Positions 12,733 to 27,580 of a stretch of DNA of 64,000 nucleotides are shown piece by piece. Each line of letters starts with the position of its first letter. Position 1 is the first letter of the stretch. Under the pieces are notes generated by a model that saw only the letters and a program-made list of their open reading frames with translations, made no database searches and was not told the DNA's origin. This stretch comes from Eledone cirrhosa (taxonomy: Eukaryota). Both the position numbers and the translations under genes were made by a program. The stretch is from the NCBI GenBank assembly GCA_964016885.1, contig OZ024741.1:332940001-333004000 (forward strand). Reading direction: 5' to 3'.

Positions 12733-13121
12733 TATATATATATATCATCATCATTCAACGTCCATATTCCATGTTAGTATGGGTTAGACGGGTTTGTCCC
12801 ACTTGAAGCAATATTGGTCGGGTGACCGTGTCTCGCTTGCATAGAACTGTTTCTGGCTGGTTTTCTACCGCTGGATACCCTTCCTAATGCCAACCACATT
12901 TACAGTGTAGTCTGGGAGCCCTTTTACCATGTCTCCTACGTTACCACTTTACAGTGTGGACTGGGTAATTTTTGTCGTGAAAACTACACAATCACTTCAC
13001 AGTGTAGACTGGATGTTCTGTGGTACCAACATAACTTTACAGAGAAAGGGGTGGCGTGGGTGGAAGTGGGAGGATGGAGTAGAGGGTGCATATATATATA
13101 TTTATATATATATATATGTAT

Positions 13122-13335
13122 GTGTGTAAATATATATATAGAAGTGAATATATATATATATGTATGTGTGTAAATATATATATAGAAGTGAATATATATA
13201 TATATATGTGTGTAAATATATATATAGAAGTGAATATATATATATATATGTGTGTAAATATATATATAGAAGTGAATATATATATATATATGTGTGTAAA
13301 TATATATATAGAAGTGAATATATATATATATATAT
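13122..13335. repeat. 42-bp minisatellite, 5 copies
   Basis: gaagtg at 13141, 13185, 13227, 13269, 13311. Confidence 0.9.
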
Positions 13336-13723
13336 CATCTGTGTGTGTGTAATTGTAACTATGTATGTATATATGTATGTATATATGTATATATAGGTAT
13401 GTATAAATGTATGTATGTGTGTATGTAGGTATGTATAGATTGCTTGTTTGTGGAATAAGTGCGTTTATAAATGCAAGCCTAGGACTTTATAACTCAGTTT
13501 AAGATGTCACGTGCTTCATGACAGCCTAGCAAAACACATGCATATAAGCCAATAATAAACTTAGGCAGTGAAGGTGTGAAAACAACAACAACAACAACTG
13601 GGACCTTACAATTAACATCTAAATAGTTTCATACTTGTTTCTTTTTTTCTTTAAACTTTATTTCTGCAGATTGTTCTGCAATATGCCTTAATCAGAAACC
13701 ATTATATATATGTATGTGTATAT

Positions 13724-13822
<99 letters not shown>

Positions 13823-13829
13823 TATATAC

Positions 13830-13866
<37 letters not shown>

Positions 13867-13996
13867 TATATATATATATTATATATATATATGTATATAT
13901 ATATGTATATATGTATATATATATACATATAAGTATATATATATTTTATATATATATGTGTATATATATATATGTATATGTATATGTATATATGTA

Positions 13997-14054
<58 letters not shown>

Positions 14055-14584
14055 AGTCTGTGTATATATATATTTTTTTTATATATATATGTGTGTATAT
14101 ATATATATATGTGTGTGTGTGTATGTGTATTTGTGATTATATGTGTATATATATGTTCTTATTTCAGTGTTATATGCACAGGTATTAAATACATTATGCT
14201 GGACTTTTTCTGACAAATTTCCTCATCTGTGAATATTTGCTCTTTTCATTCATAATTTAAGATATATAATATAATATATAATATATATTCAGATTAAGAT
14301 AGTGCATAATATAGATAAGAAATAATTATATACACCCAGACCCATACATAGACACAAACACAGACAAATATATATATGTGTGTAGGTGGATGTGTATACA
14401 CATATATAACTATATATAGACGGCTTGCCCTGTTTTATGTAAGTTGGATCAGGTGACCATGTCGTACTCACACAGGACTATTTCTGGCTTGGTTTCTATG
14501 GCTGGATGCCCTTCCTAATGCCAACCACATTTACAATGTGTGGTGGGTGTATATATATAAAATCCTTGCTAGCTGGGAAAGCAA

Positions 14585-14624
<40 letters not shown>

Positions 14625-14753
14625 GGAAAGTTATATTTAAATTGTTGGGTTACAACTAGTAAATATTTATAACTGATATAAAAGCACTCAACAAGTATTT
14701 GGAGTATATTTACGATATTAAATAAATGGAAACTATATTTATAAAACCATATT

Positions 14754-14819
14754 TATTTCATTATATATATTTCAGGGATATCATATTAACAATATGCTAT
14801 GCCTTCCTCAGACAAAATA
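14754..14819 (-). ncRNA. Type I hammerhead ribozyme (inverted copy of 15037-15102)
   Basis: Reverse complement matches the + copy except one base in the stem II internal loop. Confidence 0.8.
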
Positions 14820-15036
14820 CAATATAGACAGTTTTATAGATAAATAGATTTGACATACCGTTCAACATCGACTTGTATTTGAAAAGTTGATTTGGCAGTG
14901 AAAAAATTGTTTACAAAAGTTGATTTGGCAGTGAAAAAATTGTTTACAATTTTTTCACTGCCAAATCAACTTTTCAAATACAAGTCGATGTTGAACGGTA
15001 TGTCAAATCTATTTATCTATAAAACTGTCTATATTG

Positions 15037-15102
15037 TATTTTGTCTGAGGAAGGCATAGCATATTGTTAATATGATTTCCCTGAAATATATATAATGAAA
15101 TA
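15037..15102 (+). ncRNA. Type I hammerhead ribozyme
   Basis: Stem I tattttgt/atgaaata (two G-U); CTGAGGA 15045-15051; stem II agg/cct with inner catatt/aatatg; GAAA 15083-15086; stem III ATATATAT; cleavage after A15094. Confidence 0.8.
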
Positions 15103-15339
15103 AATATGGTTTTATAAATATAGTTTCCATTTATTTAATATCGTATATATATATATATATATATATATTAAAATACATACAAATATTAATAAAATAGATG
15201 TTCTTTTGATCAATTAAATTTTATTATACTCATTGAATCTTGTTTAACTCATTAATATATATATATATATGCACTAACATACTTATATATTACTTTCTTC
15301 TATTTATTTTTTTTTTACCTGTTCCAGCCATCCGGCTGA

Positions 15340-15730
15340 TATCATCATCATCATCATTTCATTTTACGTCCGCTTTTCCCTGCTTGCAAGGGTGTGACGG
15401 GAACTGATTCTGGCTTGATTTCTACAGCTGGATGCCCTTCCTAACACCAACCTCATTTACAGTGAGTGCTTGGTGCTTTTTTTCCATGGCGCCTACACGT
15501 CCACTTTACAGTGTGGGCTGGGTGCTTTTTTTTTTTGCCGTGGCACCTCCACGACCACTTTGCAGTGGAATGATAGGGACCCGAGTCCCTATCATCTCAT
15601 TTCTACAGCTGAGTAAACTGGAGCAATGTGAAATAAAGTGTCTTGCTCAAGGAAACAACACATCACCCGGTCTGAGAATTGAACTCACAACCTTTCGATT
15701 GCAAGGCCAATGCTCTAACCACTAAGCCAT
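15340..15730 (-). mobile_element. CORE-type SINE, same family
   Basis: Collinear with 4895-5246. Confidence 0.85.
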
Positions 15731-16354
15731 ATCTATATGCATATGCTAGCTTAGAAGTATGGGTTTTAAATGATGACAATTTGCCTATATATGGGGAATT
15801 GCTTGACAATTTAGGTTAAGGGCTTATGGGAGAGGGTGGCGTAAAGCCTATTAGGTAATGGGGTTGTAGTCACTGCAGGTAATAATAGATATTTAATGTC
15901 TATTCTTATACAGAAACTGCGTAATTTGATGGCTGCAGCTTGAAAAAGTCCGTCTCCCCCCTGTCTCATTTTAGGGTGAGTTAAGTGTTGGGATATACAA
16001 TTGATGTCTGAGATAACGATTTTTGGGGTTGTCTTAGCTCTAATATAAACATTTAGTTCATGATTGGCTTTGATTTTTTTAATGTAATTTTTATGAATTT
16101 GGAATCTTGTCCTCTAGATAGTTTGTTTATTGTTGGCTCTGTTTTCTGAGTACATTGTTTACATACAGGGCATTCAATGATTGCTTGCATTTGTTCTATA
16201 TATGTATATAGTGCATATATGTGTAGTATAAGCATATGAATATCTAGGGTAGTTATTGAGGTGAATAGACTGGTTGGAGCAATGATGGTCTTGTTTACAT
16301 ATATATATATATATATATAAATATTTACTTATTCCTGATAATCAGATTAGAGCA

Positions 16355-16529
16355 AACATCACGAGCGCTCTATCTCAAAATTATTTTTGAAACGCATTAG
16401 AAATGCGCAACCGGTAAAAACTTAAAACCAAAACTGAATACTAACCAATACTTATTACTAATTTTTACTTATTCCTAATTAAACTATTTTTCACTGGAAA
16501 CAATTTGTCAGCATTTTCTTTTCCTTTTA

Positions 16530-16534
<5 letters not shown>
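16355..16534 (+). mobile_element. Second copy of the 3922-4097 fragment
   Basis: Collinear near-identity with 3922-4097. Confidence 0.6.
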
Positions 16535-16580
<46 letters not shown>

Positions 16581-19500
16581 AATGATTAATAAAGCAGGTA
16601 GACATCATAAAAAGGTAATTTATTCCGAGTGTTTACAAATGTTTCTTTAGTAGTTACACAGCCTATGCAAATTGGTAGTTATTTATTTGCAGGTACTCAA
16701 TTATAAAGGATAATCCTAAGTATTTCTTGCATAACCTAATATATATATATATGCTCCAGTTTACTCAGCTGTAGAAATGAGATGATAGGGACTGGGGTCC
16801 ATATCATTCCACTGCAAAGTGGTCGTGCAGGTGCCATGGCAAAAAAGCACCCAGCACTCACTGTAAATGAGGTTGGTGTTAGGAAGGGTATCCAGCTGTA
16901 GAAATCAAGCCAAAATCAGTTCCCGTCCCACCCTTGCAAGCAGGGAAAAAGCGGATGTAAAATGAAATGATGAAATGATGATATATATGTATAGGTAAAT
17001 TGTGAGTGTCTATAGAGATAGCATATTGGCTGAGACTTTAGGGAGTGATTAATTATTAGCAGAGATGTTAGAACATAATACTAAATCCCTAGATATATTT
17101 GTTCTGTTGTTTTACGTCTGTTGAGGTCACCATTGACTTTCACCCCTTCAGTATTGATGAAATAAAGTCCCAGGGTGATGGTTTGACAAAGTTGTTAGAG
17201 TGTGGATTTGATACAGTGTATTTGTTCTGGCACTTTGCATTCTGTGTAAATGAACCTATGTAAATGGTAGTCTAAATCCATTACTCCCAACTTCCATCAT
17301 CATCATTTTCTCATCATTTTCTCCCCCCATATGACTTAGCCATCATCCACAACTCTCACCTTCAAACCCTGTGTTGCTATCCATCACCAACTCCCTACCA
17401 TGACAAACCCTTATTAATCCCCCCCCCCCACTTACCAACAACCAACATGTAGCTATTATTTTCCCTCTACCTCTCCCATCACCTTATCTTTTACTCCTTC
17501 TCACTCCTCTTCCTACCCTCTCTCTCTTCATTTAATATTTTGGCCACCACCCCCATTAAAAATTACACGCTAGGGCATCTTTGCTTTTACAGAATGGAAA
17601 TGATATATAGTAGAAAGAATTCTTTTTGCCATGTAGGGGCAAAGTAACCTCTCTAGTGTTGGCCCCATGTTAAACTGCATTCATCACTTTGTCTCACTCT
17701 CCACTTAATGCCCACTTAATGCCTGCTTACCTTGCTATATAACAAGCATGGAAATATAGATATAAAAGGACAGGATATTTAATATGGAGAAATGGAGTTG
17801 TTTGGAATTCCTTATAGTAGTTGTTTCTTGGGTCAGCAGGTGTTTTTAGGTCTTACAACTTACACTGTCATGCAGGTGACCCACATGAGCTTGATCAGAC
17901 CACAGTCTGTGTCCAAGTGACATCAATTCTACGTAACAATTTGACTATGCCTGCATCTTTTCACCCCAAAACATTCTTCAATTTGATTAACATGCTCTCA
18001 CCATCTTCAACATTCTATCACAAGCTATTTAAAATCAATAAGTATCTCTCCAAAATTAATAATATATTTATCACAATCAATGAAAATCCCTGATAATCAA
18101 TATGGTATACCTAAATATTTTGTGAAACCTTCAAGTTAACAGGTTATTTCCAATCAATAGCAATATTGGAAAAATGAAGAAATTACAGCCAAATAAAATT
18201 TTATAAAAATCTCCAAAAATCAATAACATACCCTGAAACTAATAACTAATTTCTAAAATCAATAACCTATACCTGATATAAAGTTGGTTTGTATAAGAGA
18301 TATTGTGAAGATGTATGGCTTTGTGGTTAGAGTGTTGGCTCAGGATTGTAAGGTTATTGTGACTTTGACTCGAGGCAGTGTGTTGTGTCTTTCAGCAGAG
18401 AATTTTATTTCTTGTTGCTCCAGTCCACTCCCCTGGCAAATAAGTCATACCTGTAATTCAAAGGGCGAACCTTGGTGTAATGCTTAATCAATTTTTGTTG
18501 CTCCAGTCCATTCAGCTGGATAATCAGCTGACAAAATAAATCACATCTGTAATTAAAATGGTCAGCCTTGTCACACACTGTAAAGTGGTCAGTCATGCAG
18601 GTGTCATGACAAAAAGCACCCAGTCCATACTGTAAAATGGTTGTGTAGGTGTCATGACAAAAGCACCCAGTCCATACTGTAAAATGGTTGTGTAGGTGTC
18701 ATGACAAAAGCACCCAGTCCATACTGTAAAATAGTCATGTAGGTGTCATGACAAAAAGCATTCAGTCCACGATGGAAAATGGTTGTGTAGGTGACACGGC
18801 AAAAAGCATCCAGCACACACTGTAAATATGGTTGGCACTAGGAAGGGCATCCAGCCGTAGAAACCAAGCCAAAATCAGTTCTATGTGAGTGAGTCATGGT
18901 TCTTAGACCTGGTCCCTCAAAAAGGGACAGCCCATCTTACCCATGATAGCATGGAAGATGGTTATTAAACGATGATGATGATGATCTTGTTGCCCCAGTC
19001 CACTTAGTTGGAAAAATGGATCGAACCTATAATTAAAAGGGTCAACTTTGTCACACACTGTGTTATTTTTCTCATTGCTCCAGTCCACTCACTTAGCAAA
19101 AGAAGTCGTATCTGTAATACAATAGGTCAACCTTGTCACATACAATGACATGCTTAATTATTTCTCATTGCTCCAGTCCACTCAGTTGGCAAAATGGGTC
19201 ATACCTGTAATTCAAAGGGCCAACTTTGTCACACATACTATGCCATGCTGAATATCCCTGAGAATTACATTAAAAATGCATGTGTCTGTGAAATACTCAG
19301 CCACTTGCATGTGGCTCAGTTGCTAGGGTGATCAACTCAGGATTGTAAGGTTGTGGATTCGATCCCTGGCAGCATATTGTGTCCTTGAGCAAGGCAATCT
19401 ATTTCAGGGGTCTCCAGTCCAATCAGCTGGCAAAAAGAAGTTAAAAGGGTCAACTTTGTCACATACTATGTCTTGCTAAATCTCTAAAAGAAAGAAAAAA

Positions 19501-21438
19501 AGTCTAAATTCTGTCTTGAGCCCAGAGGCTCTTCAGGTCGGTGCTTCTCCTGCAACTGAGAGTACACGACATCTCCCTAGACAGGACGCCAGTCCATTGC
19601 AGAGTCAAACCTCCAGCTATTGCTGGTACTAATTTTCATCTGAGTATACTGGAGCAGCATGAAATTAAGTATTTTTCTCAAGAACACAACTCCTTGCTAA
19701 TTAACTTCTATTTCACTTGCAGACTGTTTTGTTGTTCGAACAACTGGTACACTCATTGTTGGAACCAATAGAGGTCCATTACACACAGAAACGATATAAC
19801 AGACATTACATAATCCAAGTATTTTCTGTTTCTTTGAATTCAATATATATATTTGTGGTGATATATTTTAAAGGGAAACCTTTTACTAAAGACATTCCAA
19901 CCATAAGCAAATCATTTTTTTTTCTTTTACAAAGACAAACTGGAGCCAATGAGCTTTTCATTTTAAAGAAGTTTATGTGTGATTTGATGGATATTTGGTT
20001 GTTATTTCTAACATCCCGAATGACCACATAAAGAGCCTCTTTGTAAGTTTCTGTATGACAAATAAATTTATTAATCAGTGCAAAATCATATCATGACCAT
20101 CATCATCATCACCATTTAATGTTCATTTTTGCATGTTAGCACGGATTTGATGAGTTGTCCCATTGTGAAACAAGTCAGATCAGATGACTATGTCTTTCCC
20201 ATACAGAATCGTTTCTGGCTTGGTTTATATAGCTGAATGTCCTTCCTAACACCAACCACAATAACAGTGTGGACTGGACGCCTTTTTCTCAAGACATCAA
20301 CACAACCACTTTACAATATTGACTGGGTGCTTTTTGACATGTCACCAACATGACCACTTCACAGTGTGGACTGGGTGCTTTTTGTCACAAAAAGGACCAC
20401 TTTACAGTGTGGACTGGACACGTTTCGTCATGTTATCAAAACGACCACTTTACAGTGTGAACTGGGCACTTTTGTCATGTCACCAAAACTACCACTTTGC
20501 AGTGTGGACATATATACATGTCAATTCCAATGGGGGCATCTATATAGTTACTAAACTTGCTGGAGATAGCAATCAAATCTCCTTCAAAATATATCTTAAG
20601 ATTTTTTCTTATGGATCTTTAAACCCTGATGGAGTTTTAGGAGTGCCATCAGACCATGCAGCATGTCTTGGGCACTTTAAATCTAGTGAATTCAATCCTG
20701 TCTCCATGTCTGACCAAGATACTCTCACAGAATGACCAAATGAGGTTTAATTTTTAACCTAGTCCCTGGAAAACAACAATGCAATTATTAACAAGAAGAG
20801 ATGAAATTAATTAAAGATTTCACAGTTCTAGCATAAACTCCTTCATATGCTGAAAAGTTCATTGGCTTACGAAAATACTCTCATGAAATGACCAAATGAG
20901 GTATATTTTTCCGCATGGTACCTGGAAAGAAACAATGCAGTTATTAATAATTAATGCATGCAAGATTTCACAGCTCTAGCAACACTTCTATATAGGTAGC
21001 ATACAAACTTGTCAGCCTACCCTCGTATGTCTTAAAATATACTTGATTAAGAGTGAAATAATTTGAATCTTTACACAGACGTTATTATAAACCTATCTAA
21101 TGGAAAATTGGTTAATAAAATTTACATTGAATATTACTATTACGTTAGTTCATACAGTAAAATATACATTGATATAATTGCATTATTATATATTATATTG
21201 ATTTTTTCTGTAGGTAGAAAACTTTCAATCTATAGGGAACTAGTAATCAAAATCAGCTTGCAGACTTAGTTTGCTAAAAGATTACATCTACAGAACAGCA
21301 GCAGATAATCTGAGGATTCTTAGAGTCAGAGTTGAGAGAATGGTTATCTTTCAGATGGATTCAGTTCAGTTGATTTTTTTTCTATGCAGTTACTGATAAT
21401 GGCTGATTATTGACACAATGGCATAGATTTTGTTATGT

Positions 21439-21511
<73 letters not shown>

Positions 21512-23360
21512 TATATAGATATATATATATAGATATATATACACACATGCATGTATGTGTGTGTATGGAAATGTGTATGGATGTATATTTGTTTGTATGT
21601 ATCTATAAATGTATATATGTATGTATGCATATATGTATGTGTATGTATGTACATACGATGGTATGTATATGTGTATTTTGGTACGTGGTATCTATGCAAG
21701 TATGTATGTATGTTTATTTATGTATGTATGTTGTTTAGGCTTTATTTTTTTTAATTTATGACCAATTTAAATAAATCTAAAGAGAAATATAAAATGAATT
21801 TATAAGTTAACTTCGTTAATTAGAAGTTAATTTCAATAATTAGAAGTTAGTTTGGTGACTTTCCAGATTATAAGAATCCATTTCTATAGCTTATTTGTTT
21901 GTATACGCCAGTAACTACTTATGGAGCAATGGAGGCAGCATCCTGACATCTTGGTCACTTTCAGTCTGGTGCAATCAATTCCTTTCCTAGGTCTTCTGAC
22001 TTCAACAGGGTTTGATCTTGAATAAATTCTGTAAGAAATTTTAACCAATGGTCTATTGACTGCCAGTGCTCTTCCTGAACAAATATTTTAGGAGTTGACC
22101 TTGGAAAGATAATTGAATTTGATAGAATAACAGCTTGACAAACTCAAGATTTTTTAACCTTCCATTACCCTATTTCTAATGAAATATAGTTTTCAAATAA
22201 TTTTGAAAATAATTATGAATATGGAGGCATATGGCCTAGTTTAAATGGAAGGATTTAGTAATATAACTGATTTTCTCATTATTAAGCTAGTGTTTGGAAC
22301 ATAACTTCACAAAAAGTCTTACATAAAATTATGATGGAATGTTTTTAGATAAATATAAACACTTTAATCCTTTCATTACCATATTTCTAATAAATGACAC
22401 TGCTTATGGTTTTTAAATAATTTTGAAAATAATCAAGTATATGGAAGCATTAGAAATATGACTAAATTTCTCCTTATTAAGGTGGTGTTTAGGACATAAC
22501 AAAGGTTCTTATATAATATTATTATGGAATGTTCTGAGATAAATATAAACACTTTAAAATTTCAACTTTATACCATAGAATTAGGTGTATGTTTTGTTGT
22601 TTTGGCATCAAAAAGTTTAATAGAAAATGTTGATCATTACTATAATGAATTAACTTGTGTTGTGAGCGAAATTTGGTAGATAGAAACTGTTTGGAAGCCT
22701 GTTGAAAGGATTGTGGTTGTATATGCATCATGCTGAATCTCTCTGAAAATTACATTAAGGGTACATATGTCTGTGAAATGCTCAGCTACTTACACTATAA
22801 AATACGATAAACTGTACCTGTAATTCAAAGGGCCAGCCTTGTCACACTGTGTGTCATGCTGAACCTCTCAGAAAATTACATTAAGTGTACACATGTGTGG
22901 GAATACTGGAATGCTCAGCCACTTACACGTTAATATCATGAGCAGGCTGTTCTGTAGATCAAACAACTGAAATAATCTTTGCCAAAACTGACTGAGGACC
23001 ATTTCATTTCATTTTAACATGGATGTGACATAAGTATGAACTATGTGAAAAATTTGAAAGAACATTATTATCGACACACAAACTGAAACAGGAAATATCA
23101 ATACCATTCTTATATTACCAAAAATCTTGCATCTCTCTTCTATATTTTGGAACAATAATAATTCCCGTAACAGAATACTTTCTGTATCTCATTCTTACTT
23201 CCTCTTGAAACTTCCATATCCTGTGTGTACAATACATTTTCTGTTCACAAATATTAGCTTAAAACATTTGAATGGAATAGCCTGCTCTTAAAATTAACAT
23301 GCCACTGGCTGAATATTCCACAGACAATGTGTACTCTTAATGTACCTCTTGGAGAAAAAT

Positions 23361-23428
<68 letters not shown>

Positions 23429-25874
23429 CCTCTCTCTCATTTGCAACACCTAGTAGAAAGACCAACATGAAATAAAATATCTTGCTCAAGGACATAATGT
23501 TTTGGCCCAGTCAGGGAATTTAATCTGATTCTCTAACCACTAAGCCTCGTGCCTTCTAAAGGCAACCATAATATAACTTTATATTCTTCATATGTAGTTC
23601 AACATATTTATATATTGTCTGTCACATGTAAAAATACCTCCAGAAAATTTCTAAATAATTATTGCCTATTTCATGTTACAAGAATCTACCATTGGCATTC
23701 TATTTAGATACAAAACCAGCAAGTTTGGGAGAAAGGCAACTTAAATACTTGACTGATGATTTAACTTATCAACCCCCAACAGGATAAAATGCAAAGTTGA
23801 CCTCAGCAGGATTGGAACTCAGAATGTAAAGAGTCAGAACAAATACCACAATGATACTTTATCTGATACTATACCAATTCTGCCAATCCTAAATATTGAT
23901 TTCTAATTAAGTTATAAGACCAACAATTTTGGGAGAAGGGCAAAGTTGATTACATCAACCCCAGTTTTCGACTGGTACATTATTTTATTGGCCCGAGAAG
24001 GAGAAAAAGGAAAGTTGACTTCAGCGACATTTGAAATCATAATGTAAAAAGCCAGAACAAATACTGCAATGGCATTTCCTCCAACATTCTACCAATTCTT
24101 CCAACCCACCGCTTTTATCATGATCTGTCATTACTATGTAAAATATATTAATTTACATAAATTAAACTTTATAGGTTCTTTTTGGTTTCTCATCAACATT
24201 TATATTTAGAATTCATAAAATACAAATTAGCCTTTCATCCTTACAAGGTTGATAAAATAAAAGGTACTGGGGTCGATTCTTTCTGTATATCTCTTTCTTA
24301 CTTCTTTTTTCTCAGTCTCTCTCTCCCATTCTCTGGAAAACTCGGCTGTGTTCAGATCAAGAAAGGGGAAGGTCTGAACACAGCCAAGTTTAATAAACAT
24401 CCAAAACCTGCAGTATGTTACTACAGTGCCTCTACATACATACATTTCTATGTTCCAGCACCTTTATGACTCCATAAGGAGTTGCAGGTCAATATACACA
24501 TAGAAAATATAATTAAAAGTAAAATGGTTTAAAATTTAGAGAAAGAAAAAAATCTAATAAAGAAAAGGAAAGGCAAACTGTGCACAAAACTTAAAAGTGA
24601 ATTAACAACAGTGTAAGAAAAAATTAATAAATAACCTGGAATAGAAAATGAAAAGCTTAAATTATTTAAAAGCTGTAGCTGATAGTAAGCTGGTTAAGAC
24701 ATACTGAACAACTGTTCTTATTACTCTAAGAAATGTCCATTTTGCAGTTCTTATAGTTTATGAACTTAGGGGGTGAGTGAGAGGGAGGGAGGATTCTAGT
24801 TTGAGAACATTATTGTTTACAGGCTTAACCTTTAGACTTTAATTAAGTTTTACATCATTATTTCCTTATAATGAATGTAATAAAACTTGTTAAATTGGAT
24901 TTAGTGAAGCTCATTAGAAGATATGCAATTTACATATTATGAATGTTCATGAAAGACAGACCTGACAACCTTTGAGCAATCGGTTACTGACAAATAATTA
25001 GACTAGAGAAGGCTGTAATTAGATGCAAAGAAAACAAAATTATTATTTATTATTATCTTCCATGTTTTATCAAGCAGCAGACAGCACTTCAGTTTATTCT
25101 TTATTATTCTCAAGCAACACATAATTTTAAGATTCGTTCATTAATTATCATTTTTACCATTTTTTTTCTGTTTGCCTTTTGTTTTTGTGTTTTGTTTTTC
25201 ATACTGGCATGCATCAATCTACATAATCAATTACTTCCTGTATTTTTCAGCCCCTTAGCCATCTTCTTATCTTATACAAATTCTAACGACCTTATTCTCA
25301 ATGTACCATTTTTTCTCATCTAATTCATGCCAAATATTTTCTTGGTTATTTTTTTATTCATTTCCAAGAGAAGGTAAACAGAATAAGATTATCACAATTG
25401 TTTGTTTTGTTGTTGTTTTTAATCAATATCATGCAATGTACAGAGAAAACAATACACTAGAAAGACTTATTAACATTATAAATGTAACAAAATATTATTG
25501 AACAGGGTTTATTTTAATTCTTTCATTACCATATTTCTAATGAAAAACACTGCCTATGGCTTTAATAGAATTTTGGAAATAATCAAGAATTTGGAGGGAT
25601 TTAGTTATATAACTAACTTTCTCATTATTAAGTTAATGTTTGAAACATAACAAATTTTCTTAAATAAAATTATGGTAGAAGGTTTTTAGATAAATATAAA
25701 CACTTTAAAATACACAGCTTTGTATTCTAGAACCAAGAGGATTTCCAGGCAGTTTGATATCAAGAGAGTTAAGAAAATTTTAGAACTGCTCAAAACTCTG
25801 AAGCAAGTACCAAGACCCAGTGTTTGACATTCTCTGATTATCGCCTTGTGTCAAAAGTATAAGTAATTATCATT

Positions 25875-26500
25875 ATGGGGGATTGGCAGTATTAGTAGAA
25901 GGTCGGACGCCATGCTTTGCAGCATAGATTTACACCCCTTTATAGTCTGAGTTCAAATCTCACCGAGGTTCACTTTGCCTTTCATCCTTGCGAGGTCGTT
26001 AAAATAAAGCACCAGTAATACACTGGGATAATTGCTGGTTTGTGCCAAAAGTAGAAACAATTATTATTATTATTAATAAAAGGGCGGTGGATTGGCAGTA
26101 TCGGTAGAAGGTCAGACGCCATGCTTTGCAGCATAGAGTTATGGCTCTTTACGTTCTGAGTTCAAATCCCGCTGAGGTTAACTTTGCCTTTCATCCTTAC
26201 GGGGTTGATAAAATAAAGCACCAGTAATGCACTGGGTAATTGCTGGCCTTGTGCCAAAAAGTAGAAACAATTATTATTATTTTTAATAATTTGGCGGTGG
26301 ATTGGCAGTATTGGTAGAGTATCGGACAACATGTTTAAGGTATGTAGTTACATCCCTTACGTTCTGAGTGTAAATCCTGTCAAGGTTAGCTTTGCCTTTC
26401 CTCCTTATAAAGCACCAGTAATGCACTGGGGTTAATTTAATTGACTTTCCCCTCTCCCCAAATTGCTGGCCTTGTGTCTATAGTAGAAATCATTATTATT
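25875..26500 (+). mobile_element. Three tandem copies of a second tRNA-derived SINE (Meta-domain-like centre)
   Basis: gattggcagtatcggtaga...gagttcaaatccc...gcctttcatccttacggggtcgataaaataaagtaccag...aaacaattattatt; other copies at 9001-9185, 35477-35654, 52560-52680, 54355-54540 and older minus copies ~23700-24110, 31370-31510, 38780-38930, 43960-44110. Confidence 0.8.
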
Positions 26501-26509
26501 AATAATTTG

Positions 26510-26715
26510 ATATCTCTGTTATTGATATTATTTAACAAGAAAATTTGCCCTAACGAACATCAGGCTGCTACTTGCAGCTTCAGATATTCAGAATGTATTG
26601 GAGGGCCTTGCTGTTCCCAGTAGGCATGCCTTTTGGAGTGTTCCCCAAAAAATGGCTGTGCTAATCTTCTTTAACCAGCCTTGGAAACTCTTTGAGTTCA
26701 TATCATGCACCCCGA
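26510..26715 (-). mobile_element. Second R4/Dong-like 3' fragment
   Basis: SKSFQGWLKKI...GTLQKACLLGTAR and shared ctgaatatctga terminus with 8711-8860. Confidence 0.6.
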
Positions 26716-27214
26716 AAAACAAAAGTAAGGAAAAAAGTGAAAAACAAAAAGCATGGTATATGCTGAAGAATACAGTATATAATTTTTCTTCTAACCAGTT
26801 AAATACTGGGGGAGAGGGAAGATTTATATGACATTCCACTTTCCTCATATTGCTGGCCTTGTCCCAGTGTTAGAAAGAATTATTTGTCTTGTTTTCCTGT
26901 CTAGTCATGCTAATTCATTTAGAGTCAAGGTTGAGAATATTATAACCATAACTATAACTTATTAATAGAGCAGTTAGCATATTGATGCTATTATGTTTTA
27001 CACTACTTATCTCTCTGTTTTAAGAATTAATCAGATGCAGCTATGATATTCCTTGCTAAACTTTTCCTTCATTTGTGTATATTGTACACTGTCTATCTCA
27101 TTAATTCTTAAGTATTTGTATGTCTGACTTTGATCTAATTCTCTTATCTCTGCTTCTTTATCTCACATGACATTAATGGTTAACATGATGTTAGTGGTAG
27201 TAACATGATAGTTT

Positions 27215-27580
27215 TGGTTTATTATCATCATCACCACCATCATTGCCATTGTTATCATCATCACCACCATCATTGCCATTGTTATCATCATCATAATTAC
27301 CACCATTGCCATAATCATCATAATCACTATCATTGCCATCATCATCATCATCATCATCTCATCATCACCACCACCACCATCATGATCATCATTACCATCA
27401 CCACTGTTACCTTTATTATTATCATCATTATCATCATCACCATTACAACAACCATGACTATCATGATCATCATTACCATTATCACTACCACTACTGCCAT
27501 CACCATCACCACCACAACTGTCACCATTGTGACCGTCATTACCATCACCACCACTACTGCCATTAACATCATCATCATCA
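27215..27580. repeat. Degenerate (CAT/CAC)n trinucleotide tract
   Basis: Yields poly-His/Ile/Asp ORFs in several frames. Confidence 0.9.

Larger units (their letters stand above)
14711..15145. repeat. Near-perfect ~435 bp palindrome with a 33-bp tandem duplication near its centre
   Basis: Arms are reverse complements with one mismatch seen; axis at 14944-14945; aaaagttgatttggcagtgaaaaaattgtttac at 14882-14914 and 14915-14947. Confidence 0.95.

Noticed and set aside
16053-16235. Short ORF with CPVC motif
   Set aside because: Single CxxC in 60 aa, partly low-complexity; cannot be assigned.
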